Shown: piece after piece, positions 1 to 9,274 of the stretch | Position numbering within the stretch: the first letter of the stretch is position 1 | How the letters are laid out: each line of letters begins with the position of its first letter | Assembly (NCBI GenBank): GCA_011390635.1 | Contig: JAABSA010000001.1 | Coordinates: 80,623-144,622, forward strand | DNA from: Desulfotignum sp. | GTDB taxonomy: Bacteria > Desulfobacterota > Desulfobacteria > Desulfobacterales > Desulfobacteraceae | DNA: 64,000 nucleotides | Direction: 5' to 3' | Translations under genes and position numbers: made by a program | Notes under the pieces: generated by a model | Databases searched by the model: none | Told to the model about the DNA's origin: nothing | Seen by the model: only the letters and a program-made list of their open reading frames with translations

Positions 1-1707
1 CGGTTTTTTCCTGCGGTTTATCCGTTTTATGATACTCTGTCGTTCTACATCATCCAGGGCATAAAAAACCTCTTTTCCCACATCGATCCGGTACAAAGGC
101 GGCATGGCCATAAACACATGCCCTGCCTGAACCACCATGGGAAAATGTTTCAGGAAAAGGGCACAAAGGAGTGTGGCAATATGAAGTCCGTCAGAATCCG
201 CATCTGCCAGAATGCAGATCTTGTTGTACCGGAGCCTGGAAATATCTTCCTGGCCGGGCAGCACGCCCAGTACCTGGACAATATCTCTGATCTCTTTTGA
301 TTCAATGATGGCGGAGGCCGGCATATCCCAGGTGTTCAGAATCTTGCCCCGCAGGGGCATGATGGCCTGAAACCGCCTGTCTCTGGCCTGTTTGGCAGAT
401 CCGCCCGCAGAGTCTCCTTCCACAAAAAAAAGTTCCCTGCGCTGCTGGTCATCACTGGTACAGTCCGACAGTTTGGCCGGCAGGACTATTCCGTTTGCCG
501 CCTGTTTTCTGGTTATTTTTTTGGATTTTTTTACCCGGGCTCTGGCCTGTTCCATGGCAAGCTGTGCCAAAGCCTCTCCCAAGTCAACATGCTGATTGAG
601 CCAGAGACTGAAGGCATCCCGTACCTTGGGATTCACAAGATTGGCACAATGCCGTGATGATAATCTTTCCTTGGTCTGGCCTGAAAACTGGGCTTCCGAT
701 AGCTTTACGGACAGAACATACCCCACATTGCTCCAGATATCTTCCGGTGCCAGAAACAGATTTTTGGGCAGAAGGTTTCGAAATTTGCAGAATTCCCGCA
801 AAGATTCCAGCAGACCGGATCTGAATCCATTGACATGGGTGCCTCCCAGACGGGTGGGAATCAGATTTACATAGCTTTCTTCCATGCCGGATCCTGTTTC
901 CGTCACCCAGTTGACCGCCCATACAGCCTGGAACTCGTCTGTCTGACAATTGCCGGTAAATGGTGTTGGGAACAATGTTTTATGGCCCTTGAGGTTTTCA
1001 TTCAAATATTCATCCAGGCCATGATCATAAAACCAGGTGTGGTTTTCTCCTGTGGCTTCATCCAGAAAACTGGTTTGTAATCCCTTGCACAGGACCGCTT
1101 TTGATTTCAAGGCATTTTTTATGGCGGTTTTAGAAAAAAAGGTTCTTTCAAAATAATCCGGGTTGGGAAAAAACTGCACCCGGGTGCCGGTGTTATTTTC
1201 TTGGGTTTCCCCCACCACTGCAAGCTCCCGGGTTTTGATACCGTTTTCAAACCCAATGGAAAACTGCTGTCCTTTGCGCCAAATAGTGATTTCAAGCCAT
1301 GCTGACAGGGCATTGACAACAGACACGCCCACCCCGTGCAGCCCGCCTGAAAATGCATAGTCTTTGTTGGAAAATTTGGCCCCTGCATGCAGCCGGGTCA
1401 TGATCAGTTCCACGCCTGAAAGATCTTCTTCGGGATGGATATCCACGGGCATTCCCCGGCCGTTGTCGGTTACAATGATGCTGTTGTCTTTTGTAAGTGT
1501 CACATCAATGGTATCGGCAAATCCGGCAATCGCTTCATCTACACTGTTGTCGATGACTTCGAACACAAGATGATCCGGGCTTGTGGTATCCGTATACATC
1601 CCGGGACGGCGTTTGACAGGGTCCAGCCCCTTGAGAATTTCTATGGATTCCGCGTCATATTTTCCGGCCCTGCCGGCCGGTTCATCCTTTGATGCAAGTG
1701 ATTTCAT
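1..1707 (-). CDS. parE: Type IIA DNA topoisomerase B subunit, ParE-like (topoisomerase IV subunit B); C-terminus lies beyond the window start
   Basis: Absent from the ORF track because no stop lies in the window. Hand translation of the minus strand from ATG at 1705..1707 gives MKSLASKDEPAGRAGKYDAESIEILKGLDPVKRRPGMYTDTT..VIDNSVDEA..DNGRGMPVDIHPEE..RLHAGAKF..GGLHGVGVSVVNALS (GHKL ATPase). Around 120-420 it gives ELFFVEGDSAGGSAKQARDRRFQAIMPLRGKILN..ILADADSDGLHI (Toprim). The frame is open down to position 1 (569 codons). ParE rather than GyrB is a judgement from close resemblance to the E. coli ParE N-terminus. Confidence 0.9.
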   Translation of the reverse strand, partial: MKSLASKDEPAGRAGKYDAESIEILKGLDPVKRRPGMYTDTTSPDHLVFEVIDNSVDEAIAGFADTIDVTLTKDNSIIVTDNGRGMPVDIHPEEDLSGVELIMTRLHAGAKFSNKDYAFSGGLHGVGVSVVNALSAWLEITIWRKGQQFSIGFENGIKTRELAVVGETQENNTGTRVQFFPNPDYFERTFFSKTAIKNALKSKAVLCKGLQTSFLDEATGENHTWFYDHGLDEYLNENLKGHKTLFPTPFTGNCQTDEFQAVWAVNWVTETGSGMEESYVNLIPTRLGGTHVNGFRSGLLESLREFCKFRNLLPKNLFLAPEDIWSNVGYVLSVKLSEAQFSGQTKERLSSRHCANLVNPKVRDAFSLWLNQHVDLGEALAQLAMEQARARVKKSKKITRKQAANGIVLPAKLSDCTSDDQQRRELFFVEGDSAGGSAKQARDRRFQAIMPLRGKILNTWDMPASAIIESKEIRDIVQVLGVLPGQEDISRLRYNKICILADADSDGLHIATLLCALFLKHFPMVVQAGHVFMAMPPLYRIDVGKEVFYALDDVERQSIIKRINRRKKP

Positions 1708-1841
1708 ATATTTTTTTACGTTGTACTATTAACACTAATTCTTTATATTGGGTTTTGGGCATCCGTTGTTTTGCATTATTGTAAACATGACCATATATCA
1801 CTTTTAAATAAAAAGGTAAAATACAACAAAATATTCTGACA

Positions 1842-4800
1842 ATGACTGATTTGTCTTCCCCGTTTGATGAAAAAAATTTTGAAGTTCTATGGGCATCTCT
1901 GGATGATGAAAAAAAAATCGATCTGGTGACCCGGGCCGGTACCCTGCCTCCTTCTCTTGGGATCATTCCTGTGATGGAAGCGGTTTTATCCTATCCATTT
2001 TCCCTTCGAACCAACGCACAGAAAACCCTGGGCATTATACAGGCAGGTATTCTGGCCATGCTGAATGATCCTGAAAACCTTCCATTGCATACCCGGGGAT
2101 TAAAAGAGTCTGCCAAGGTTTGTGCCAGGATCTACCAGCGGATCACATCTGATATATCCTTGAATGAAAGTATCTATTTGTGTAAAACCCTGGTGGAATT
2201 TGGTGAACCTGGTGCGTATTTTGCCTTTAAATCCATGCTCAACGCCTCTGTCAGCGTGACTGCCATGCAAAAGGCTGTGAATCTGGTCACCGATTCACAA
2301 CGTCTTGGTTTCATCGACCAGTATCTTCAGTCTTCCCCTGAAATCCGCCTGAGATATGCCCATGTGTTCAAAAAAATGCTCAATAACATCAATACCCGGG
2401 AAGCGGTCATTGATTTTTTTGCCGGCCTGTTTGACCGCAAACGGGATGCAGATCCCTTTTTGAACAATATTCCTGTTTTTTTGCGGGACCCGGACACCCT
2501 GGTGAAAAACGAAATACAATCCCAGTCTCCGGCCGTCAGGATCAAGGGTCTTAAAGCCCTGTCCATGTTGAAAGGAAAACTGCCCATTGACCTGCTTACA
2601 CATATTCTGGAAAATGAGGAGGTCAAAAAAACAAGAGAAGCAGTATACAGCCTGATCGAAAATTCATCCATGGGGATGTATCCACAACTATTTGATCCTG
2701 TATTCCGCCTTTTTGTAAAATCAGACATACACGAGGCGTTCAATGCCTTTAAAGCCCTTATAGTGACAGGTAAAAAGCCGGTGCATCTCCTTATCACCCA
2801 GGTGAGAGAAATTCATCCGGATCTTATACCTATTCTTTCAAGTGAACTTGCCGGTTTATCCAGGCTTTCTTTTTTTGTAATTCAAGATATTGCCCTGAAT
2901 AAATCACAATATCTGGAAACTAATTTTGATATCAATCTGGCCTGCATACTTGGCATAATTAAAAAAAGACCCGAACGGGTGGTACGTGTCCTCAGTGCCC
3001 ATGACACAATATCTGGACAAAAACCCACACGTCCGATGTTTGGGTTCATGGAAAAAGCAAGGTCACTTCTGGAACTGGAAAAACAGGATATTTCATCCTG
3101 GTTTGAAACCATGAGCCAGAAGCTCGAGCAGCCTGCGGAAAAACAAAAAAACATCTTCTCGGCAATGTTTTCTGATCCCGTTAAAAAAAAGCTGCAAATA
3201 CTGAGGGAAAATATTCCCAGCAAAACCATTGATCTTTCGGATGTAACCATTACAGATGAAAATTTTTCTGATCTTCGGTTTTCAGCATCAACCCTGTGTT
3301 GTAACGGTGCCACCCTTAAAAATTGTGATTTTTCAGGCTCTTGTATGGAAAATGCCTGTTTCAGACATGCGGTTTTCTATAACATCGACTGGTCAGGGGC
3401 GGTGGTAAAAAACGTTACATTTGATCATGCTGTTCTGATAAATATCAATGCCGGAAAAACCCGGTTTGTGAACTGCAGTTTCCAGGGGGCCAGGTTGTAT
3501 AACTGCAATTTTACCCAGGCAGATCTCCATGATACCATATTGATTGATGCGGTCATTGCCAAAACGGTTTTCAACCATGCCAATCTGTCCTGTGCTGTGT
3601 TTTCCCACGCCAGGATATCAGGGGTTTCCTTTGCCACAGCCTGCATTGATCAGGCTGATTTTTCTTTTGTCCAGTCCCGGTTTTCCCGTTTCCCCTCCTG
3701 TGCCGGTGCCATGATCCGCTCCCGGGGTATTGCATATAATGCCAGACGGTATCAACTTGGGTTTAAAGATCTGCCCTGTATGGAAAAATCCATTGCAGCA
3801 AAAATCAATCTGCTGATTTTCTGTGAGTTTATCCATTACGGAGAAATGAAATTTTTGAATCAGAACAAAATGAGTATTCTCACTGCATTTGATATTTTTA
3901 AACCTTCCCAGGCGGATTTTTTTCAACTGGTTCCCCTGCTGCTGCACAAAAACATTGATCTGCCGGGTACACCACCCATACATCCGAAAACACCCTGTGG
4001 CATAGCAGATTTTCTGCCTCCCAAAACGACACTGCAGGTACTTGAAAAAGTAATCGGTATGCACAAATACAAGGCAACACACATTTCTACGCCCTATATC
4101 GAAGGTGTTTTTACCATGGGCAGTGTGGGATCTTTGGCCCAGACCCATGAATCGGACATTGATTATTGGATCTGTATCAATGAAACGCTCATGAATGCCC
4201 ATGAGCACTCTTTGTTTTTGCAAAAGCTCAAAATGCTGGAAAAATTGGCCCTGGAACGATTTAAGATTCAGACGACATTTTTTGTGGTGGATATTCAAAA
4301 GGCGAAAAACAATGATTTCGGGGGATCGACCCAGGAGAGTTCCGGCTCAGCCCAATCCATGCTGTTGAAAGAAGAATTTTACAGAACCATGATCCATGTG
4401 GCAGGAAAACTGCCCCTCTGGTCGGTACTTCCCACACCCATAAGCCTGCACTATTACCACATGATCATGACGCAGATCAGTCGGTTTTCCAGATACCAAC
4501 GGTATATCGACTTAGGAGACATTCATGCCATACCGGTAAACGAATTTTTCGGCGCTTCCATCTGGCAGATGTTCAAATGGCTGAAAAGCCCTTTTAAATC
4601 GGTGATTAAAATGGCGCTGCTGGAAAAATATATCCATTCCTATGGACAGGAACCTCTTTTGTGCAACCAGTATAAAAATGTATGGATGAATTCGGGCACC
4701 CACCTGAAACTGGCTCAGAATGATTCATATATCATCCTGCTGAACAACCTGCTTGCCTATTACCGGTCTGCCGGCGATACAAAATCCATGAACCTGATCC

Positions 4801-5732
4801 TCACCTGTTTTTTTTTAAAACTGGGCATTTCAAAGGAAGCTGTCCTGGACAATACCGTATTCGGGCTGCGCAGACACCTGATGACCGATTCCTTAATGAA
4901 ATGGGGGTGGAGTCTTTCCAGGCTCTTTGAGATCGGGCATTTCAAAGCATGGGATTACCAGCGGATCTACCGGGTGTCAGCCTCCATTGAACGGTATATG
5001 CTCATAAAATACAATCAGGTTAAAAATACCTTTGAAACCACTTCCAAAGGGTTGATGATTTCAAACGATGACCGCCGGGTGCTGGAGCGGAAAGTGGATA
5101 TTGTTTTTCAGGACAAGCCGTTCAAAATAAAAAAAATTCTGCTGGTTTCCAGAAGCGACCGACTGTTTTCACGGCTGCATATCCGATATCTGCATGGATA
5201 TGACAGCCAGGCAAAATGGGAATTGTTGCACAAATCCGCCCGGATCCACCAGAGCCATGACGAGTCACTGGTGCAAACCCGGACTATTGAGCAAATAGGG
5301 GCATGGCTCATCAACAACGGCCTTTTTAACGAGCAGTCAACCGTCACCCTCATACCCAACCCCATGCCGGTTACCCATGATGATATCCTCAAATTGTTCT
5401 GCGCAATGAACGACTTTTTTGCACCGCAAATGAATCAAACTTTCCAGTTTACCGAGTTGAAAAAAAAATCTCCCGGCGTGATCTGTGTGTTTATCAGTAT
5501 CAACTTTTACACTCCCCGCCAGGAATCCAGAATCAAAGACTACTGTGTTGTGTATATCAACTCCTGGGGTGAAATGTTTTACCATACCTGCATTCCCGAT
5601 CGGGAATACCACTCTTTTAATGCCGCCAAAAGAGAGATTCTTGACCATCTGGGCATCCGGAAATTTCCGTTAAAGACCTCTTTTTATTTTTCCAAAGGCC
5701 GGCCCGGTAAAGGGACTGCCCCAAGACTGTGA
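1842..5732 (+). CDS. 1296-aa multidomain protein: N-terminal helical region, about 25 pentapeptide repeats, C-terminal class I (CyaA-type) adenylate cyclase core
   Basis: Track ORF. From about residue 759 it aligns by eye with the E. coli CyaA catalytic region: MGSVGSLAQTHESDIDYWICI (cf GSTGSVGQSTSSDLDIWVC), LLKEEFYRT (cf LLLDEFYRT), NEFFGASIWQMFKWLKSPFKSVIKMALLEKY (cf [31 protein letters not shown]). The start codon is not supported by a clear SD. Confidence 0.85.
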   Translation: MTDLSSPFDEKNFEVLWASLDDEKKIDLVTRAGTLPPSLGIIPVMEAVLSYPFSLRTNAQKTLGIIQAGILAMLNDPENLPLHTRGLKESAKVCARIYQRITSDISLNESIYLCKTLVEFGEPGAYFAFKSMLNASVSVTAMQKAVNLVTDSQRLGFIDQYLQSSPEIRLRYAHVFKKMLNNINTREAVIDFFAGLFDRKRDADPFLNNIPVFLRDPDTLVKNEIQSQSPAVRIKGLKALSMLKGKLPIDLLTHILENEEVKKTREAVYSLIENSSMGMYPQLFDPVFRLFVKSDIHEAFNAFKALIVTGKKPVHLLITQVREIHPDLIPILSSELAGLSRLSFFVIQDIALNKSQYLETNFDINLACILGIIKKRPERVVRVLSAHDTISGQKPTRPMFGFMEKARSLLELEKQDISSWFETMSQKLEQPAEKQKNIFSAMFSDPVKKKLQILRENIPSKTIDLSDVTITDENFSDLRFSASTLCCNGATLKNCDFSGSCMENACFRHAVFYNIDWSGAVVKNVTFDHAVLININAGKTRFVNCSFQGARLYNCNFTQADLHDTILIDAVIAKTVFNHANLSCAVFSHARISGVSFATACIDQADFSFVQSRFSRFPSCAGAMIRSRGIAYNARRYQLGFKDLPCMEKSIAAKINLLIFCEFIHYGEMKFLNQNKMSILTAFDIFKPSQADFFQLVPLLLHKNIDLPGTPPIHPKTPCGIADFLPPKTTLQVLEKVIGMHKYKATHISTPYIEGVFTMGSVGSLAQTHESDIDYWICINETLMNAHEHSLFLQKLKMLEKLALERFKIQTTFFVVDIQKAKNNDFGGSTQESSGSAQSMLLKEEFYRTMIHVAGKLPLWSVLPTPISLHYYHMIMTQISRFSRYQRYIDLGDIHAIPVNEFFGASIWQMFKWLKSPFKSVIKMALLEKYIHSYGQEPLLCNQYKNVWMNSGTHLKLAQNDSYIILLNNLLAYYRSAGDTKSMNLILTCFFLKLGISKEAVLDNTVFGLRRHLMTDSLMKWGWSLSRLFEIGHFKAWDYQRIYRVSASIERYMLIKYNQVKNTFETTSKGLMISNDDRRVLERKVDIVFQDKPFKIKKILLVSRSDRLFSRLHIRYLHGYDSQAKWELLHKSARIHQSHDESLVQTRTIEQIGAWLINNGLFNEQSTVTLIPNPMPVTHDDILKLFCAMNDFFAPQMNQTFQFTELKKKSPGVICVFISINFYTPRQESRIKDYCVVYINSWGEMFYHTCIPDREYHSFNAAKREILDHLGIRKFPLKTSFYFSKGRPGKGTAPRL
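3306..3680 (+). repeat. Protein-level pentapeptide-repeat tract (about 25 consecutive units) inside the cyclase ORF
   Basis: GATLK NCDFS GSCME NACFR HAVFY NIDWS GAVVK NVTFD HAVLI NINAG KTRFV NCSFQ GARLY NCNFT QADLH DTILI DAVIA KTVFN HANLS CAVFS HARIS GVSFA TACID QADFS. A hydrophobic residue recurs at the 4th position of almost every unit (one exception, NINAG), with no register break. Confidence 0.85.
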
Positions 5733-5750
5733 AAACAAAACCGGAGAAAT

Positions 5751-5772
5751 CTGCACTGGTGAACCAGTGCAG
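5751..5772 (+). terminator. Perfect 9-bp stem / 4-nt loop hairpin 19 nt after the cyclase stop; possible terminator, attenuator or mRNA end-stabiliser
   Basis: CTGCACTGG-TGAA-CCAGTGCAG read directly. No U-tract follows, so intrinsic termination is uncertain. Confidence 0.35.
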
Positions 5773-5883
5773 AGTATGGTATAGATGATATATGAAAACT
5801 GTGACCAACAAACCAGGTCAATTGGACCATCCCATGGAACAGATTGACTTTTTACCTGGAAACATATAAAAACGGACCTGCGT

Positions 5884-6180
5884 TTGAAAAAACAAATACA
5901 ATTGTCTCAAAAAACCATTGTCATAAATGATTTGGGAATGCATGCAAGACCTGCAGCCCAGATAGCTAAAATGGCCATGACCGCAGAAAAAGATATCTGG
6001 CTGTCAGATGGAACTACCCGGGTGGATGCCGCAAGTATCATAGATATTTTAACCCTGTGCGCCCTGAAGGGCTCCTGTCTCCATATTCAGGCGGAATCTT
6101 CTGAAGATGCCGCGGTGGTGGAAAATATCAAAGCCTTTTTTGACGATGGATTCGGAGAAGTGACAAATGAATCAAGTTAA
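5884..6180 (+). CDS. ptsH: HPr-family phosphocarrier protein
   Basis: LGMHARPAAQIAK contains the HPr active-site His motif (G-x-H-A-R-P-A), and the size is right. The track start is TTG at 5884; a second in-frame TTG at 5902 would put the His at the canonical position of about 15. The start is therefore uncertain. Confidence 0.85.
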   Translation: MKKQIQLSQKTIVINDLGMHARPAAQIAKMAMTAEKDIWLSDGTTRVDAASIIDILTLCALKGSCLHIQAESSEDAAVVENIKAFFDDGFGEVTNESS

Positions 6181-7936
6181 ACCCCGTGAAATGGTCCTTA
6201 AAGGCATCAGCGGGTCCCCTGGCATCTGCATTGGAAAAGCCTATATGGTGGACAGAGAAGGGGTCAACATCATTGAGCGGTATCCGGTTTCCAGTTCCAT
6301 GGTGCCCCGGGAAATCGACCGGTTCAAAAGTGCCGTGGCAAATGCCAAAAAAGAACATGCCCGGATTATAGAAGCCCTTGATGAAGATGTGAGCGAGACC
6401 CTGAACATCCTGGAAACCCATATGGCTTTATTCAAGGATAAGATGTTGTATGGCAAAACCATTGACACCATCCAAACCGAGCAGATCAATGCAGAATGGG
6501 CCTTGAGAAAAGTCGCCCGCAAGGTGAAGCTCATGTTCCAGCAGGTGGATGACCAGTACCTGAAAGCACGGGTCAATGACATTGTTCAGGTTTCAGACAA
6601 GATCATGTCTTATCTGCTGGGTGCCCGGGATATCAAGATTGGTGACATCACCAAACGGGTCATCATAGTTGCCCATGACCTGACCCCGGCCGATGCCAGC
6701 CAGATCCAGCTGGAACGTATCAAAGGCTTTATAACCGACCGGGGGGGCAAAGACTCCCACACCGCTATTGTGGCCAAATCTTTAAAGATTCCTTCTGTTT
6801 TTGGCCTGGCTCGTGCCACAGCCTGTATCAATAATGATGATATCCTTATTGTGGACGGATCTTCAGGTATCATCATCATCAATCCCGAAGAAGATACCCT
6901 GTTTAAATACGAAGAACGCCTGGCCCGGTTTGAAGCCTACCGGGCGGATATAGAAAGAGACAGCCATCTGCCGGCAGTTACCAAAGACGGGATATCCCTC
7001 AGCCTCATGGCCAATATTGAACTGGTGGAAGAGGTGGTGTCTGCAAAGGACAACGGAGCAGACGGCATCGGACTTTTCAGAACAGAATTTCTGTATCTTG
7101 ATCTGGAGCGTTTTCCCACTGAAGATGAGCTGCTTGTCAAATACAAGGAACTGGTGGAACTGATGAGCCCCCAGTCGGTGACCATCCGTACACTGGACAT
7201 AAACGGAGACAAGTTCAATCCGTATATCGATCCTGTGGAAGAGGCCAACCCCGCCCTTGGGCTTCGGGCGGTGCGGTTCTGCCTGGAAAACAAAGATATT
7301 TTCATCACCCAGATCAAGGCCATTCTCCGGGCAGCGGCATTTGGCAATATCAAGCTGCTTATCCCCATGATCTCCTGTATGGAAGAATTGTTGCAGGTAA
7401 AAGCCATCATTAATCAGGCGGTTGCAGAACTTGAAAATGATGACAAGATATTCAACAAGGACATTCCGCTGGGAATCATGATCGAGGTGCCGTCAGCAGT
7501 ACTCATGGCTGATGAGCTGGCCCGGCAGGTGGATTTTTTCAGTATCGGCACCAACGATCTGATCCAGTACTCCATGGCCATTGACCGGCGCAACCGCAGG
7601 GTAGCCCATTTATACCAGGCCCTGAACCCTGCAGTATTAAAAATGATCAAAATGACTTTTGCTGCTGCACAAAAAAATAATATTGAACTGGTCATGTGCG
7701 GTGAAATGGCAGGAGACCCCATAAACATACCTGTTTTGCTGGGCTTTGGATTAAAAAATCTGTCCATGAACCCGGCATCTATTCCGGTGATTAAAAAAAT
7801 GATCCGGAATATGGATTATCAAAAAGCGTGCACATTTGCACAAAAGGTTCTGAAATTTTCCACTGTCCAGGAGATTACACGGTTTACACAGGCAGAATAT
7901 AAAGATATTCTACCCTATAAAGAGATGGAAGAGTAA
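6167..7936 (+). CDS. ptsI: Phosphoenolpyruvate-protein phosphotransferase (PTS Enzyme I)
   Basis: LKGISGSPGICIGKA; GGKDSHTAIVAKSL (phospho-His region); IGTNDLIQY; CGEMAGDP. GGAG lies 9 nt upstream of ATG 6167. The gene overlaps the ptsH end by 14 nt. There is no GAF domain, so it is EI type, not PtsP type. Confidence 0.93.
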   Translation: MNQVKPREMVLKGISGSPGICIGKAYMVDREGVNIIERYPVSSSMVPREIDRFKSAVANAKKEHARIIEALDEDVSETLNILETHMALFKDKMLYGKTIDTIQTEQINAEWALRKVARKVKLMFQQVDDQYLKARVNDIVQVSDKIMSYLLGARDIKIGDITKRVIIVAHDLTPADASQIQLERIKGFITDRGGKDSHTAIVAKSLKIPSVFGLARATACINNDDILIVDGSSGIIIINPEEDTLFKYEERLARFEAYRADIERDSHLPAVTKDGISLSLMANIELVEEVVSAKDNGADGIGLFRTEFLYLDLERFPTEDELLVKYKELVELMSPQSVTIRTLDINGDKFNPYIDPVEEANPALGLRAVRFCLENKDIFITQIKAILRAAAFGNIKLLIPMISCMEELLQVKAIINQAVAELENDDKIFNKDIPLGIMIEVPSAVLMADELARQVDFFSIGTNDLIQYSMAIDRRNRRVAHLYQALNPAVLKMIKMTFAAAQKNNIELVMCGEMAGDPINIPVLLGFGLKNLSMNPASIPVIKKMIRNMDYQKACTFAQKVLKFSTVQEITRFTQAEYKDILPYKEMEE

Positions 7937-7939
7937 GGC

Positions 7940-8404
7940 ATGACCTCTGATTATATAAAGCTTGTGGCCTCCAATAAAAAAGCCCGCCACAATTTTCACA
8001 TTGATGCGGAATTTGAAGCCGGCATTGTACTGGTTGGATCAGAAGTCAAAGCCATCCGGGAAGGGCGGGTCAGTTTCCAGGATTCCTACGCTGATATCAG
8101 ACGTGGAGAGGTGTTTTTGCGCCAGCTGCACATCTCCCCATATAAATTTGCGTACAATGATAACCATGAACCCGTGCGGACCAGAAAACTGCTGCTCCAT
8201 AAAGGTGAAATTTCAAAGCTGATCGGGAAAATCAAAGAAAGAGGATATACTCTGGTCCCTTTAAAAATCTATTTTAAAAATGATAAAATCAAAGTGCTGC
8301 TGGGTCTTGGAAAAGGCAAGAAATTGTTTGACAAGCGGCAGACCATAAAAGAGCGTGACGTTAAACGGGACATGGACCGGAATCGCAAGAAATATTCCGC
8401 TTAA
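7940..8404 (+). CDS. smpB: SsrA-binding protein SmpB
   Basis: NKKARHNFHI..GSEVKAIREG..LLLHKGEI..LVPLKIYF is typical SmpB. The tmRNA gene follows immediately. Confidence 0.93.
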   Translation: MTSDYIKLVASNKKARHNFHIDAEFEAGIVLVGSEVKAIREGRVSFQDSYADIRRGEVFLRQLHISPYKFAYNDNHEPVRTRKLLLHKGEISKLIGKIKERGYTLVPLKIYFKNDKIKVLLGLGKGKKLFDKRQTIKERDVKRDMDRNRKKYSA

Positions 8405-8435
8405 CGGTTAGTCCTGCAAATGTCTTAAGTCCATA

Positions 8436-8463
8436 TTGACTTTTGGTATACATTCATTATAGT
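8436..8463 (+). promoter_or_regulatory. Candidate sigma70 promoter for ssrA
   Basis: TTGACT (8436..8441), 16-nt spacer, TATAGT (8458..8463), about 30 nt upstream of the mature tmRNA 5' end. Confidence 0.4.
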
Positions 8464-8492
8464 ATATATGTAGTTTTGATCTTTTATAATTT

Positions 8493-8850
8493 GGGGGCGA
8501 AATGGCTTCGACGGAGATTTTGAAGCCCATGGTAGCATACCGAGTCTTTTGTCAGCTCGTAAACTTGGCAAAGCCTAAAGATAATCGCAGACGATTATAA
8601 TTACGCCGTAGCTGCTTAACACCAGCTGCCGTCCTGCTGAAATCCCTCTTGCAGATCTCAGGTCAGGACGTCGACTTTGCAAGACCGCTGTTTTGGTTGC
8701 CTGATCCATAACAGTTAAATTTCTCAGGCTATACCGCCGGGTATCCCTCCTGAAGGAGACCTTACGGCTAATATCAAAGTTCAGGATAAGTATGTAGAAG
8801 CCAGGGATGATGGTTTTCGGACGCGGGTTCAACTCCCGCCGCCTCCACCA
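8493..8850 (+). ncRNA. ssrA: tmRNA (SsrA), one-piece
   Basis: The 5' end GGGGGCGAAATGGCTTCGACGG pairs with the 3' tRNA-like end GGACGCGGGTTCAACTCCCGCCGCCTCCACCA. The tag frame 8587..8619, GCAGACGATTATAATTACGCCGTAGCTGCTTAA, reads ADDYNYAVAA-stop. It lies directly downstream of smpB. Confidence 0.93.
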
Positions 8851-9274
8851 ATTATTTGTAATAAAATCAATAAGTTATATTTTTTTATTCCCTTAGGTAT
8901 GTTAATCACTTGTTGATCATTCTGCAATTTGTAAATTTTCATGGTTACCATGGTGGCCTCATTCAAATCCGGGAGCATATATCGTTTTAACGCGTTTGAT
9001 GCGTGAGCGGCGGCCCAGCTCCGTACCCGAGGGTGACAGCAGCTTGAAGCAGAACAAATCCAGGACCCGGGCGATGTTCCGGAAATCGGAAAAATGATGC
9101 ATTTACGAGCATTTGTTTGATACTTCATAAACGGGTCACAATTGTTGAAATGGAATATCGGATAATTGCATCCAAAACTAATGAAACAAAAACTCAAACA
9201 AGCGAATCGACCTTAAGAGAAATGTAATGTGATATCGAAGACTAAGGTTATTGCCTGTATAAGGAGGATGTAGC

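Noticed and set aside
8575-9197. Minus-strand ORFs 8575..8832 (85 aa) and 8829..9197 (122 aa).
   Set aside because: They overlap the tmRNA gene on the opposite strand, have no recognisable motifs and have odd composition. They are treated as spurious.
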